Shown here piece after piece: positions 49,901 through 63,578 of a stretch of 64,000 nt of DNA; the first letter of the stretch is position 1; the number at the start of each line of letters is the position of its first letter. Under the pieces are notes generated by a model. The model had not been told where the DNA came from. It saw only the letters and a list, made by a program, of their open reading frames with translations, and did not search any database. The stretch is from positions 11,503,912 through 11,567,911 of the forward strand of contig CM082592.2 in NCBI GenBank assembly GCA_040954595.2, read 5' to 3'. Source of the stretch: Balanoglossus misakiensis (lineage: Eukaryota > Animalia > Hemichordata). Position numbers and translations under genes: made by a program.

Positions 49901-52900
49901 TACGAAGATTAGTTTAACAAAGAAATACAAAGAGAGTAAAACCAACCACGTGCAACCTTGCGAGACTGTTGCGCGGGGGGGGGGGGTGAAGCAGAAAACT
50001 GCACAGTTGGAAAATCTGAGAGAAATGGCACTGACACTCTTGATATTTTTGATATTGTTGAATTCCAATTCTCACTCCGATTTGTCTCCTCGTCTCCACA
50101 TGCAACGGAGTTGGAAGAAAACCTGTAGACGGTTGCCACAGGCAACGAGTTACAGCAAAAGTTACAGATAATGTCATATACAGCCTCTGTGCATTTAGCA
50201 CCGTTGAACATGTTGTCAAACACACACAAGAATGTACCGATTGAAATCAACAAGGTCGTGTGCTTTGTACGTTTCACTGCAATCAAAGGCACCTTAATTT
50301 CGTGATAATAAATGAGATTCCAGCGATAATCTCCCCCAGATCACGGTGTAATTATCTCTCAAATTTGATTCAGTGGGACCAGATGGTTGCTTTGATCCCA
50401 GGCATGCAATTTCCAAGGGATGGGTATCACACAAACAAGATTAAAAATCACTCAAATGTAATATTCTCGTTTTTTGGAATGGATCCATAAATAGTATTTA
50501 TTTGATTGACAATAACGGGAGGAAATATACATTTGGATGATCTCTCGCGCGGTTTGTCCTTTTCAATGATAAAACAGACATTTGCTTTCAGAAATGTACA
50601 AAAAAGACACAGAGAATAAGACAATGGAGATTAAGCAGAAATCTTTCCCTTCCCATGATCCCTTGTCACAAATGGCCGCCGCCAAGACAAGTAAAACAAC
50701 TGAGTACACTGCCACGCAAGTTCCGCGGTGAAAATTACACGTTGATAGCGGAACTGATTGGTTTCCAACACAGAGGCGGAAACCATGACACTTTTGCTGT
50801 TTAGACAAACATTTTGACGGCGGACATTTATTAGGGACAGAGGCGAAGGAGCATTATACTGGCGAGCAGACAAATGATATTAAGTATCAATATTCTATGA
50901 AGCTAATGAAATGGTACATGTCACTACGAAGAACAAGCTTGAATGAGATGAGCATACAATGCATATAAATAAAGTTACAAGTCATATAGTCTACAGACGC
51001 AGGTAATTTACATAAATATCCAAAAGAAAAATAAAACATCGACAATTTTTTAAAACTTCTCAATATTCGTAAAAACTTTCGCTGAAACTTACTGAGCACG
51101 CAAGATTCATTGTTGGCGATGATTTCGCGTCCTCTTTTATTGAAAATAGAAATTGGAAGAAAGTAACTGAGATCAAATTGTCTTCTGGGGTTTCCATTTT
51201 GGTGGGATGTATAGTCAAATTGTCGTAGACAAGGAGCGGAAAAAACACTCTACCCTGTATTTCCAAAAAAACACTGAGTTGGAAATTGCATACAGTGCAC
51301 ACAAATGAGAACACGTCTGGCGTCCCTTTTTTGAAGTGACGCTGCACGGAGTGTTTTTCACAGCGGTGTGCGTGGAGACGGTTAACAAAACATACCTTCT
51401 GTGACGCCACAACGTTACAAGGAAGCCGAAAAGGAAGTCACGTGCACACCGTGACGTGTACAATCCCACAATACACTTCAGGTGACAAAAAATCACCAAC
51501 ATAAAAATTCACATTAAAAAGAAACAGTGGCAGCTTAAAGTTGTACACGAAACATTCCGGTAGTCCCATAAATTGCAAAGTAGACATAGTTGGTGAAACT
51601 ATTTGGAGAACTCTCAGCAGACATCAAAACGCCGTGCGGTTATATCACGTGACCCAGCAGTATACAACAGACTACATAAAACTGTTTATGTCCCAGATAA
51701 AGTCACGTGTCCTCGAACATACCGCTGGCCTTGATCAGACATCTTGTATGCTATCGAATCTTTCTACGTTCCTACGTTAACACTATATTAGAAATGTACA
51801 TTTCCTAATACATTTCCCGTAGCATTATCCCTCTCCCCCTTTTTTATACAAATTTCTGTTTTTGCTTTGTTTTGTTGTCAAATATGCAGTGTTAGAAAAT
51901 GATATGCTGTATCTCTCTGTTGCAAAAAACATATTGACAAAAGATATGTAGGTAATCTGCAATGAATCATCTCTCCCCAAGTTGACTTGGCGAGAAAGAC
52001 TGGTTTCCCCGACTACTTTTTGTACGGTTGAGTTGAAGATGTGCTCCTTCGCATCTCTCGTCTCTCAGCTAAAACCCATTCCCAACATTTGCTCCGTATC
52101 AGTGACAGGACTTCGATCGGTCGAAATCCTGTTTATTGAGTTTCGCATTAAACAACGGCTATGATGTGATTTGACGATTAGAAACAGAGTGGGATAAAGT
52201 GGCCAGACGATCCCGTGACGATAGGATTGGATTTAAAATTAAGATAACTCCTGCCAAAAAGTCTACGATTTGTGCTCCCTGCTTTCACAGTAGCGGTATC
52301 CATGTGTTTTTCATCCATTTTCTTTTACTAGTATTGCGCCTTTGTCTCACCCCTTGACCCCTGGTGACAAACAAGATGGCGGATTCCCCATTTCTTTCAT
52401 TAATGATTCCGCCATAGCTTAACCATGGCAACCAATGTGGAAAATGACAGAGCTTTCATTTATGCAATCTGTTCACATGCTGGATTGTAACTCAAAGAAT
52501 CTAAAATGTACAGCATTTTCCATTCGTAGACCACTGTCTGTGGCGTGTCTATTATTGTCATTTATCTGCTCTGTGCATGTTTTCATATTATTCATGTTCT
52601 GTCGCTGTCAGTCGGCGAATTCCATTTACACAACGACGCCAACAACAATGGCCGTCACTGTAGGGATACACAGCAATTCCTGGAAGCAAACATCTCCTAT
52701 CTGCGCATGCCTGACGCACAATACCAACGGTTGTCACGCAATCTTTTCTGAAGGGGTCTTCCACCGCCATTTTCTCTCGATTTTCTTATCGCTTGAAGTC
52801 TCCATTCCCGACGTGCAATCACGTGACTGCTTTGCCGGTGAGAAAAGTGACGGCGAGCATCCGATAGCAGAGACTCAGTCACGTGTTCGTGAGCACTCGG

Positions 52901-52977
52901 TGTGCAAAATATATAGTTTGTACACATTTTCAATTGTCAGTCGCATGAGTGTCTACTGTGTTCTTCTTCTATCATTG

Positions 52978-55900
52978 TCACCAAACCGCTGCTTCGTTCA
53001 TATCCGGAGGAGGGTGCGATAAGGCGTTGAAACCGGGGCCGCCAGCCAGCGAACGGGTTGGCAAGAAACGGTCGCCATTGAACCCTGGTCCGTCACCGAC
53101 GTGCATGGTCATGTGATCGGGGCTGGGTGAGCCCACGTCCTTTGGATGGAGATAGGCGTCCGGAGGCAATCCTCCAATATTCGGTTGTTGATGCTGCAAC
53201 GCCTGTTCCATGTTTGGCAGAGGTGCGTGCCCTGCTTGCGAGGCGGGAATGAACGGCATATCACCTTGTTGTCCGTCTGGAGTGGGCTGCTGTCCGGGGA
53301 ATATATCATAATATCCCTGGGTGCCGTAATTGTCAGCCGGCGCCCCATACTCTGCAAAGAAAGGGAGAGAGAAAAAATCTAAGTTAGTCTTGGTCTGAAT
53401 TAGATGTCAGTTTTAGTTACAACAGGAATTTGGAAATCCCTAGATACTGATCAAGTACACGACCCAAGTCGCCAAAACTATTATTTTGCGACTGTACAGA
53501 CGGAAAACCCTGTGAGGTCAATATTATCGCAGGCGGGGGCTTCGCACGACCAGATTTAAAATATAACCGCCTTAATTTAAGACAAAAATCCACTCTTCGC
53601 GGCATGAATACAGTAGTCGGGCCCGACAGAGCATTTTCAATAAGGACTTAGCGCGCAAATCACGCCCAAATGCTGTTGAGTTCCAACAGAGCGAAAAATC
53701 CGACTGAGGACAAACAGCGCAATTCGAAATGGGAATTTCCTTCTCGTGTATAATCTTGTATTATGAAATCTCAATCCTCGGTAAATAATTCTCAAATAAT
53801 AACTCTTATGCGCTACTTATTATCACTTCCTGAAATTACTTTTCCCCCTTCTTTTATCGAATATATATATCTTCCCCGTATACACTTTTGGGGTGGTATT
53901 GCGTGATTAATACTAGGCCTAATTCTGAATAAAAACCGTACGTCTGATCGGTTGGTTCAATTCTGCGCCCTGAGTCAAGTAAACAGACGACAGATCGACG
54001 CAAATTGTTGGGGCATCGCCTTCATGTGCGAAAGCGGCGGTAACTCTTAGTTTACAACATCATTTGCGTGTCGTCAATTTTCACCAGAAACGAGCTCATC
54101 GTTCCCAGCATTGAGCGAGCATCCCGGTTAAACCCAAATTCGTCCTTTTATGCCACGAAATTAGAATTCAAATCAGGAAGAAAATGCTCTCCTGTGGTCA
54201 TCCGCAATCAAAACTCCGGTGATCGAATTTCTCATTGGAAAACGCGACAAAGAAAGGAGGTCATGGCGCTGTCGATGCAGAGAGAAGCGAGGTGAACCAC
54301 GAGGCTGATGGTTATGAAACACAATCTGTCCCATCCACGTATCTTCTTACTCTTAAAGCGATATAAAATACTGCGCCAAAACCCGTGACTAATGTTGTTT
54401 TTATTTTCAGTTACATCGCCGGATCAAGTTGGTAAAATGATTCGTAAATGGGGACGAAATTCACGTCGACTGACACTAGTCGAGGTTTAATTGCTTAAAG
54501 GCAATTGCCGACCATACGACCTATATGCTCTGCCTCTCTCTCCCCTCACTCACACACATATCCACATATTCATCAAGGTGGGGGTAGGGACATGATTTGT
54601 AATCTGTTATGAAATTCAAGACATTACCAAGTTCTCAACGACCTATCATCCAAATTTAATTGAAAACATCTTTCACATTGAACCGTTCAGATGTTGAAGG
54701 TTCTTTTCACATTTTCCCCGTGAGGCTAACAGCCTCGCGGAACAAAACCAATCACGACTCTGCCACCTCGAAACAAAACGCTCAGCATTTATATAGCGCC
54801 ACCACGAGTCAAAACGCAAGCTTGAATCAGAACGACGTTTCTGCGAACGGTCGCGTCGGGTTTTCTTCTTGCGAAGAATTCGTAACGAGAATTTATCTCT
54901 TGATAGACAACCAGATATTTTTTAGTTGTTTTGTCGTTATTATTGTGTGTTTGCTTGTTTGTTTCACTTCTTGGTTTACGTCATACAAATTCACATGAAC
55001 ATTGAATTTAGTGAAATCTTTGTGGTCGAAATCTTTCTTTGTCGCTTTGGCGTGTGCAAGCGAGCAGTGGAGTGTACTCATATAGGTTGGGCCAATCAGT
55101 CTGCAGGGACTCGTCGAAGTGCGAACACATCTCACGACGAGATGAGCAAGGCTCGCTTGGGAAACATCCATCAAGTCGAAATCTCTGCGAGCAGAACTTG
55201 TCAATCTACAAAGCAGGGTGGGAAAGCTCACTTCTTTCACAGTTCATCTCAAATTCTGTGTCACAGGTCAACACACCTGTCGGCATTTTTACACTGCGAC
55301 TGCGCAGTGAGGAGTCACAGAGGCGACGATGTGTGAAAGCGGCCGTCTCTGTATTTTACACGTTTCTGACACGGAGAACACAACACACGACTATTTCACT
55401 AGCTGGAAGACACACTGACTGAAGTCTCTACACTGACACGACAAACAATCGAGCGAAACTCTGCCGCAGAGAATGAATCCTGTCTACCACGAACTAAGCT
55501 TAGGCCTCCATTGCCGTCTGCCGAGTCTGCTTCTGAGTAGGCCCCTATGCACTAGATTTGACATAAATACCCTGAGCGTCCAAACCAAATACAAAATATC
55601 TGGCGATGGCGAATAACACGCCAAAATGCACACTCAAATCAGGATATGTTACAGAATAACCACGACAAACAATCGGCAATGCACTTAATAAATTACGGAG
55701 AATGTTGTCATTAATAATAGATCACATGATATTCTACTTGATATAAGTAACCTAGTATAAATCTGTTACCCAAAGATGAAAACGCACTTGTGCAATGGTA
55801 CTGCGTATATAACTTCACATGGCAGGCACAATAAAAATACACAAGCATCGTGCAGCAAAACTCAGTACATGGGATCAAATCTTATTTTATTTGCTCAACG

Positions 55901-58900
55901 TTTCAATGGCTTTAAATGAATAAGCCATGCATTATGAAAAAACATCCGAAATTTTAATTCTGAATTGTCGAATCCTTTGAGCCCATACGCACACGCGGTC
56001 ATTGCAACAGCACGGATGCCGCTGTCAGTATTGTGACGAGCTCTGTGTATCAAAAAACATCAGGTATTGTTATTAACAATCACCGATCTCGGTTTTATCT
56101 CCGCCACCAAAAGAATTAACACACCAGCACAGGTTTGTTCAAAATGTTTTTCAGAAGAGCAGCACGCGTTATCGCCTCTGAGCTGGCGGACACACAGTAA
56201 CAGATGTTGCGCGGAAAAGTCCCAGCAATTACTAAACTAAACACACGTCTGTGTAGTTACACTCGATATTGCGCAAATTGGTGAACATTTTCAATGAAAA
56301 AGCCTAACTCCGACAAAAGCCAACCAGGAGGTAAAAAGTGATATCAATCGAATATTCGAGACGTGTACTTCAAGGAAAATCTGACCTCAGTGTGGAATGG
56401 CCAAAATATTAAGCATAAATAAAAGCTAGCCTAAAATGTCAACTCATTTGTCGATTGTAAGCCTAAAACCTCGGGGGCTAACTGCTCAACTCTCCGCGCA
56501 CGGTTTCATATAATCGCCTGCAAGTGCCAAAACAGAAAAAATCCCGGTCCTGTTCTTTGACTGGTTGGCTAACCTCAGATGAACACCGCCATGTCTTGAC
56601 GGTTCCTGAAGCCTTTGAAGAACTTCAGGCCGCGCGAATCGGCTGCAAATATAAAGCACGTCATTCGCCACGACTTCAGCAACTTAAGCCTAGATGGAGA
56701 AACAATGACCGAGGGTATGGACGAGTTGAATGCCCAATCAAGTGGAATGGGCAACGCGACGAAAACTGGGAATATCCATCGGGTTTTGTCGATTTTCTGA
56801 CCTTTAGCGAGGAGCTGGCGAACAGATTAAAGGCTTGTATCGCTTGAGCTTCTGTAGGCAGACGATTTCTTTTCTAGACCGCGAATTTCAATCGATTATC
56901 GATACGACTACAAGATTTTCCTCCACCATACTTCGAAAATTGCGCTCTTGAGGGATGTCTGTCTATACACTTGTATATATTGTGAGGTTTCAAGTTTTTC
57001 AAGCGCAAACACAAACTCTACAGGTAACAAGTTATCTCGGGCTGAGAATGCCAACTTGTTTAAATACAAGTTTTCTCTTATTTTCGTCTGTTTATTTTCC
57101 CTTATCGGTATAAAGGGGTCCGATTTGCGTGACTTCACCGCAAGATTATCGTTTGGCAAGAATTAATCAGGATCTCCGCTCACGCGGGACTTGGAAATAT
57201 CGGTATCTTGTGAACTTCTCTACACAGGCGATCCCGGTGAGCCGCTGGCCCGCAACACCGGTGTCTAGAAGAGGGGAATTGAACACAAAATGACCACACG
57301 GCGTGTCCGTTTACACACCCATGTATATCATTAAGGGGAGTTTAGGAATAACCCTTTCGCGTTTTCATCTCTTCCGCCGCGCTGTCGTAAAACGGACCCT
57401 CTGAAAGACCGACCCAATGGTGTAGAACGAACTAATGGCAATTTCATTGTGTTCGGACCGCCTACTAGCTTTGCTTCGGAACTTTATGGCGCGAGGAACA
57501 AGACGTTCAGGAAACTGTTTTCCTTAGATAACTGAATGCACTTTAAACATAATGTGTTTGTAAAATTCTACTCTTGTAGCTATAACATTCCCGTCAGTTG
57601 TGATAAACTTCCAAATTTTGTACCGACAATAACAACGTCACGCGACACTTTGTTATGTATGAAGATAAAAAAACATCTCTAACTAACTTTATAATAGAAC
57701 ACTCAATAACACAGAAGTGATGAAGTTTCATATTCTAGTGCTCAAACCCTACAAAAGTTCAATACGTTACCAGAAAACGTCGAATTTACTGACCAGAGTT
57801 CTCTGGCACTACATAATTCATTGTGATGACGATAATGAATATGATGATGGCGGTGATGGCTTGGAAAGTGTCACTTTGTGCCAGACTAGTCAATGGATTA
57901 CGTCAGAAAACTAAACAAGAAGACAAGAAGGATCACGCCTTACCCGATTCCAACACAATTAAAACAACATCATTAACTTTAAGTGGTTGCCAGATCGCGC
58001 AATTGGGGATGGACCAGCCAGTTCGCGTGTAGACGCGTCCACTATCCTGTGATCAGAGTGTTGGGGTTTGTTCTATTTTTTAGACCTGTGTAGTCGCGAA
58101 TATACCTACATTACATTATTTGAAGATTTGGATTCATGGTGGTTTCGTTTGATTCACTGACTGTTTAGGCGTTGCAGTTTGTATACACGCTCGCACCTTG
58201 TCAACAGAATGTGGTTTTACAATATCTATGAATTTCAGTAACTGTACGTCCATGGTTGTACCATGGTAAATGGATTGGCGAATTGCCTATAAATAAACGG
58301 TATTGATGCTATAAAAACAGCGCTGTGTGTTTAGAATCAGTAGATAATCAGTCGTACAAGAATAAAAGTAACGAAACAAGCTGAAGTCTTTTTTGTTGTT
58401 ATGACAATAGATACCGAATGGTACCAGAAGGTTGGCCGACGTTTGTGTAAAAAAGTCGAATTAGATTAATATCTAGAACACGCGATTTTTAAAATGAAAT
58501 GCTTTCAGCGTCGGCGAAATGGCGTTTTTGACTGTTTATATGGAATGTTATAAAGAAGCATATCTGAACACAATGAGAGCCAACAAGACAGGGAAGCAAT
58601 ACCTGCTTCCCGCGTATTGTGAGTTTGTTTGTTGCGATACCGCCTGGCAATATTGCCGTGTTTGACTTCCAGTGAAAGCGTGCTGACAAAAGCAAGGTGG
58701 CGGAAAGAGCGTATTGTGGCACCGGGACGTCGTATGTTGCACGATTCCCCGCCTGTATGACAGTTTTACGGTGAACTGGGTAAGGAAAATCACAGCGACA
58801 ATGGCCGGGCGGTCTCTGAAAAGGGTGGGAACAGACCGGTTGTTGTGAGCTCGATTTGATGTCGGATTGACAGCTCACGCAGAGGCTCTGACAGGGAGGG

Positions 58901-61900
58901 AGAGTCGGCACCGTGGTTGGAGAGAGAGAGTGCTCCGCGAATATCTTACCGCGGATGAATATTCATCGCACACTGCCGAACCCGACGACATGAGAGAAAG
59001 TGGCGAGTGTGGCTTTGTTTTCTGATGGCGGCACTTCTACACACAGACAATACTCAACATTTCTGTCGAAGGGTAGACAAAAACATAACGCCAATAATTC
59101 GAACAGCTCGAGGCTATCAAATCAGGGTTTACCGATGACACGGCGACTCAGAGTGTTCAAAACCGATTTTATAGTATCATTATTATTTGTATCACAACTC
59201 CACTACTCCCATATGGACTGAGAGTTAACACCTCGTGTCGCTGGCTAACAGATCTCCCGTCACATTTTGAGGTTATCTATGCATGTGCATAAGGGTGACT
59301 TTTTCTTTGCCTCTACGCTGCTGCTTTTGTGTCGGATCCGAACCCCAAAAATAACACTGGCTATAATCATCACAGAGCCAACGCCGACTGGGGTTGCCTC
59401 GCCAAAGCTCCGGTACAATCGGTTTTTCAAGTCGATTCACGCACCTCAAAGGATGCTCCTCTATGGTGAATATAAGCCCTGGCTAAAGCAAACAGGTCCT
59501 TTTGTCTCGATGCAGTGAATACGAAAAGTGGATTGAAGCATTCAAGGCAGCTTAAGTCCTCCTTCAAGAAGAAAAGAATACAGCAAAAGAGAGACGCCGG
59601 CCCTATCGAATTAATGGTATTAAGGAGATACTGGGTAGCCTGTGCTAAGGAGTTTGAACAACCATTGTGACCCTCAAACGGGGGTTTCTGACGAGACATA
59701 AATCGTTTACAGAGAAAGAAAAAAACAGTAAACGATTTTACAGGAGGTTTAGAAAAGAGATTGGCGTGTATACTTAACTTGCTTCTGAATTCTAAATTTG
59801 ATTGTTTATTCAGAAGAAGGGTCTCCTGGAAAGGGAAGATTATGCACCACCACTGGGCGGTACAACTTCAGTAACACTCGCAGAAAACCAATACGGCAAA
59901 GATTCACCTCTGGACGTACAGACAGAATTGGGCTATAAATATGACTGAAATCATACAGACACCTCCCCACGACCATCTTGGCATACCGACAGTTATTTTG
60001 GTAAAATACACTCGAATGCCATTTCATATTTTCACGAATGATCAGATGCGGTCCAGTGGGCGGAGATTTGAATGTGTATGACCAGGCAGAAGAAACGGTG
60101 TCTGGTTGGGCTTTAAACGAGATTTCGAAAGAGCGGAGCAATGTTCATTGGCAGTAATTGACCAATTTAGAGGGGGCCTATTTACTGACAAATTAAGACG
60201 AAGTGGTTGCCATGGTGACCTGTCCATTGAATTATGGCCCCCGTAAGCAGGGCAACACTGAAAGCAAAGACAAAACCCTCCGCGATTTCACCATACCTTT
60301 ACTAGACAGGAAAATCGCATCTTTGTCTTGTCAAGTGTCTCTTACGAGATAGGAATATTAAGAGTCCGGACATTACCCTAAAAAGCTGGAGGAGGGTCGA
60401 GTGAACATCAAAGGGTGACGCTCCAATCCGAAAGAAAGGGAACGTTGAAGTTGTGAAACCAAGTGTAAAGGCAGTTACGACCGCCCTCATATCAGGAGAA
60501 CGCCGCAGCATACATGAGAACCGAGCTTTCATTCCAAACAGCTAAAGCTTCAAGCACTGCTGCAACTACTGAAACAATAAAACGCGGCAAAATGGAGACT
60601 GTGGGTGATAAGCAAGCACATTTACGACAAAACGCGAGAATTGTATGAAGTCTGGACTATTTTGAGGTGGGAAGCCTTAGGCAAATGTTCGCCGCTCTCT
60701 TTTTAGCTGTTCGAAGCTTCCTTTCATAAACGCGGATGTCCGATTTCTGGCGTTATGGAAATCCTTGCAGGAAAAGGTGTGTCGCTTTCGCCCACCGTAT
60801 GTCCATGTCGGTGATCAAAGTGATAACTCATGCAAGCCGGCAAGTCAGTAGTATTCCGTGGATCAATGACTATAGCGACTGGACTTGCAAGTCCAAACCG
60901 ATTCACTCGCGGCAGTTTTGTCTTTCCTTTCAGTCGGGGGGGGGGGGGGGACAAAAAAAGGTTGATCTCACCACTGGGCAGTTAACCAAAAGAGAATACA
61001 GAACAATCAAACCAGGTTTGGGTTAAATTCACTCGGCGCGAGCTACACACCGGCGTCTCTCAGACGTTCCCAACTTGAGGATATCCTCGAAAAGAGGCGC
61101 CAGTAACTATAGGACAATGTACAAGTTATTTCAGCGAACGCACACGGCCAATTTGTGGACAATGAAATAAATTGCTGTCTCTGTGAACTCATATCTGAGT
61201 CAGTTCAGTTGTGATATCAGCCACACAATGCCATCAACAAGTTATCACATTATGAAGATGCATTTGCTTGTACCTGTATAATCGACCTATGAATTTACCC
61301 CGACGTTTTTGAGATAGTCGGTATTCGAAATTGGCGAATAATTGAGAAAATAAAACACACAGTCAAACGATCACGATTGCATTGTGTGAAGCTTTCTGTC
61401 TGTCATAGTTCTGAAACTGTTATGTCCGAGTCCATTTTCAGTCAGGAAAGGATTAGGCTTGTATGCATGCATGCATGAAACCAAAGAACGTAGAAATGTG
61501 GACAAAAATCTGCCGCACATGAACACAGAAGCGAGCGAAGTTGTCAGCGACTGGGACGATATCAATGACATGGCGCTAACAAGGTCCCCCCGTTCGCTGT
61601 AAACCCTGATATTTATTGTCAGCGTGTGTGTATGTGTAGATAATGAGTATATCTTTGAAATATATCGCCTTCCTTACCAGCAGAATTTCAACAGGTTCCA
61701 GAAGCGGCTCTAATAGGATTCCCAAAAATAATCAAACTAATTGTCTTTTTAAAATAACGTCAATATCTGTCCCCCTAGCTAGCCCCAGCAAAAAATATCA
61801 CATTGTACCCGACTTCAACTAAACGTCTATACGTATCACATTGTCATTCAACGTTTTGTTTTCCACGAACATTCTCCGTCTAATAAAGAGTTAAAATGAT

Positions 61901-63578
61901 TCGCGCATTTTAAAAGCTGGGTAAATTCTGTGGGTTGCTGGGTTACAAAACAAATTTGATTTTCCAATTTAGACATTTTGTTGTAAAAGATAGTGGTGTT
62001 CAGCAAAAACCACACAGCTTAATCGCTTTTGTAGTCGAACACCTATTTATACCAAAAGGCGAAATACTTGTCTTTCATTGATTGGCCAAATATTGTAATT
62101 TTTGTCATGTTGTCATGGTTACGGATAAACCTATCGTTGTTACCAAATCTCAGCTGAAACAAAGTCCTCGGCGTATCTACATATCTGTCTGTCTGTCATT
62201 GGTCATGACTATGTGTGGACGCACATTTCTAAATCTTGCTCTGTATTGGAGTCGGGTTTACTCGTGCCTAACAGATAAAAAGTAATAAAAACACTAAAAA
62301 TCCATTTAAGCGACCAGCTGTAGCAGACTGTACAGCTGTTTCACTGACAACCCAGCCACACTGACTTCTGGAATTATTTCTCCCGGCAGGAGTGTTTTTT
62401 CTCACAGCGTTTTGTCCTTCCATGAGTACTTCGGAGTCACGATTTATAAATACGACAACCAAATGAATGTACCAACCGATACTAGCACGCAAAGTGGCCA
62501 GGCGCAAGAGGTACCAGCAAAACGTACAATACTGACTCTAATTCCTGCTCTGGGGCGAATATCCAATTGGCGCTATCAAGCGAAGCAACGCCAACGCTCT
62601 GACGACTAATATACTCCTGGCCAGCGACGGCGACAACAACCGATAGACATTCGATTTCAGCCCGGTTCTTTCACTGGAAATTACCAGATGGACCAGGAAA
62701 CCACAACGTCGATTCAAAGATCTGAGGAAATCACCGTCATTCCAATAAAACAAGTAAACATCATAACTGTCACGCTTGACCTTTCAATAGTGCGTGAGAG
62801 TGATATTAGAATGCCGGAAAAAAAACTCATTTTCATAATCAGGTTAATTTTCATAATTTTCATCTTCTCAATCTCCAATCAATATCAACTTATTCAGAAC
62901 AATCAGTCCGATTCGTCTGAATCGTATTTTTTAACAGTGCTATGGCATGCACGTGCACTATAACTGCACGTACATAAAACAACGATGTACGATTTTGCTG
63001 AAGATGCCATCGTCGGATGTCACTAATTTATGATAATTGGATCGCCGGTATGATTTACTGCCAGCAAGACTTTTTTTGTGACGAAAGCTTCGCTGAATAT
63101 TTTTGACATTTTTATTACAAAATATATGGGCAGGAAAACCTTGGTTCCTCAAAATATGGCGTACACTAAGAGACCCGACCACCATTAGACCCAAGAACAA
63201 TGTTTGGAACTCAAAATTCATGACAATAAATTTATTGTCATGAACCGGACCAGCTACATTTAATTATTAACAGAAAATACTGAGGAGTGTTTTCCTCTGC
63301 TCACAAAATCTGGTTTAAACGTTTATCTAATCACCTTTAATTAGGTCTCTCTGTAATTACTACAACAGTATTATAGCGATAACGTCCTTACCTGGAGAAT
63401 AATTAAAGCCTGGATTACCCATCATGTCTGACGTGTTCTCGATGTCGTACGGTCCACCGATGGCTGTTCGAAGCGCCCGCATCCTTCGGGGATTCCTGAA
63501 AAAGTGGTGTCGCCTGGCGCCGAGAGCGCTGAGTTGTTTCATCCGTCGTTCCTTCGACCGTCGGTTCTGGAACCATAC
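52978..63578 (-). CDS. LHX1/5: LIM homeobox transcription factor Lhx1/5 (lim1), last two coding exons; the 5' part lies beyond the right edge
   Basis: Exon 63392-63578 encodes [32 protein letters not shown], diagnostic of Lhx1/5. A phase-1 intron (53352-63391) leads to exon 52978-53351, which ends [12 protein letters not shown], matching the vertebrate LHX1 C-terminus. Confidence 0.96.

Larger units (their letters stand above)
33825..52977. promoter_or_regulatory. gene desert 3' of Lhx1/5 (includes its 3'UTR); putative enhancer landscape
   Basis: No ORF resembles a known protein. The region is CpG-normal and carries clusters of GATA, octamer, X-box, E-box and Hox/Cdx-type motifs. Confidence 0.5.

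Noticed and set aside
34009-52400. Many 60-190 aa ORFs in the desert (e.g. 40654-41217, 38622-39116, 43536-44003)
   Set aside because: No recognisable domains, no consistent splice phases, and many non-ATG starts. Consistent with chance ORFs.
52435-53022. 195-aa + strand ORF
   Set aside because: It is antisense to the Lhx1/5 stop and 3'UTR, with no protein-like features.
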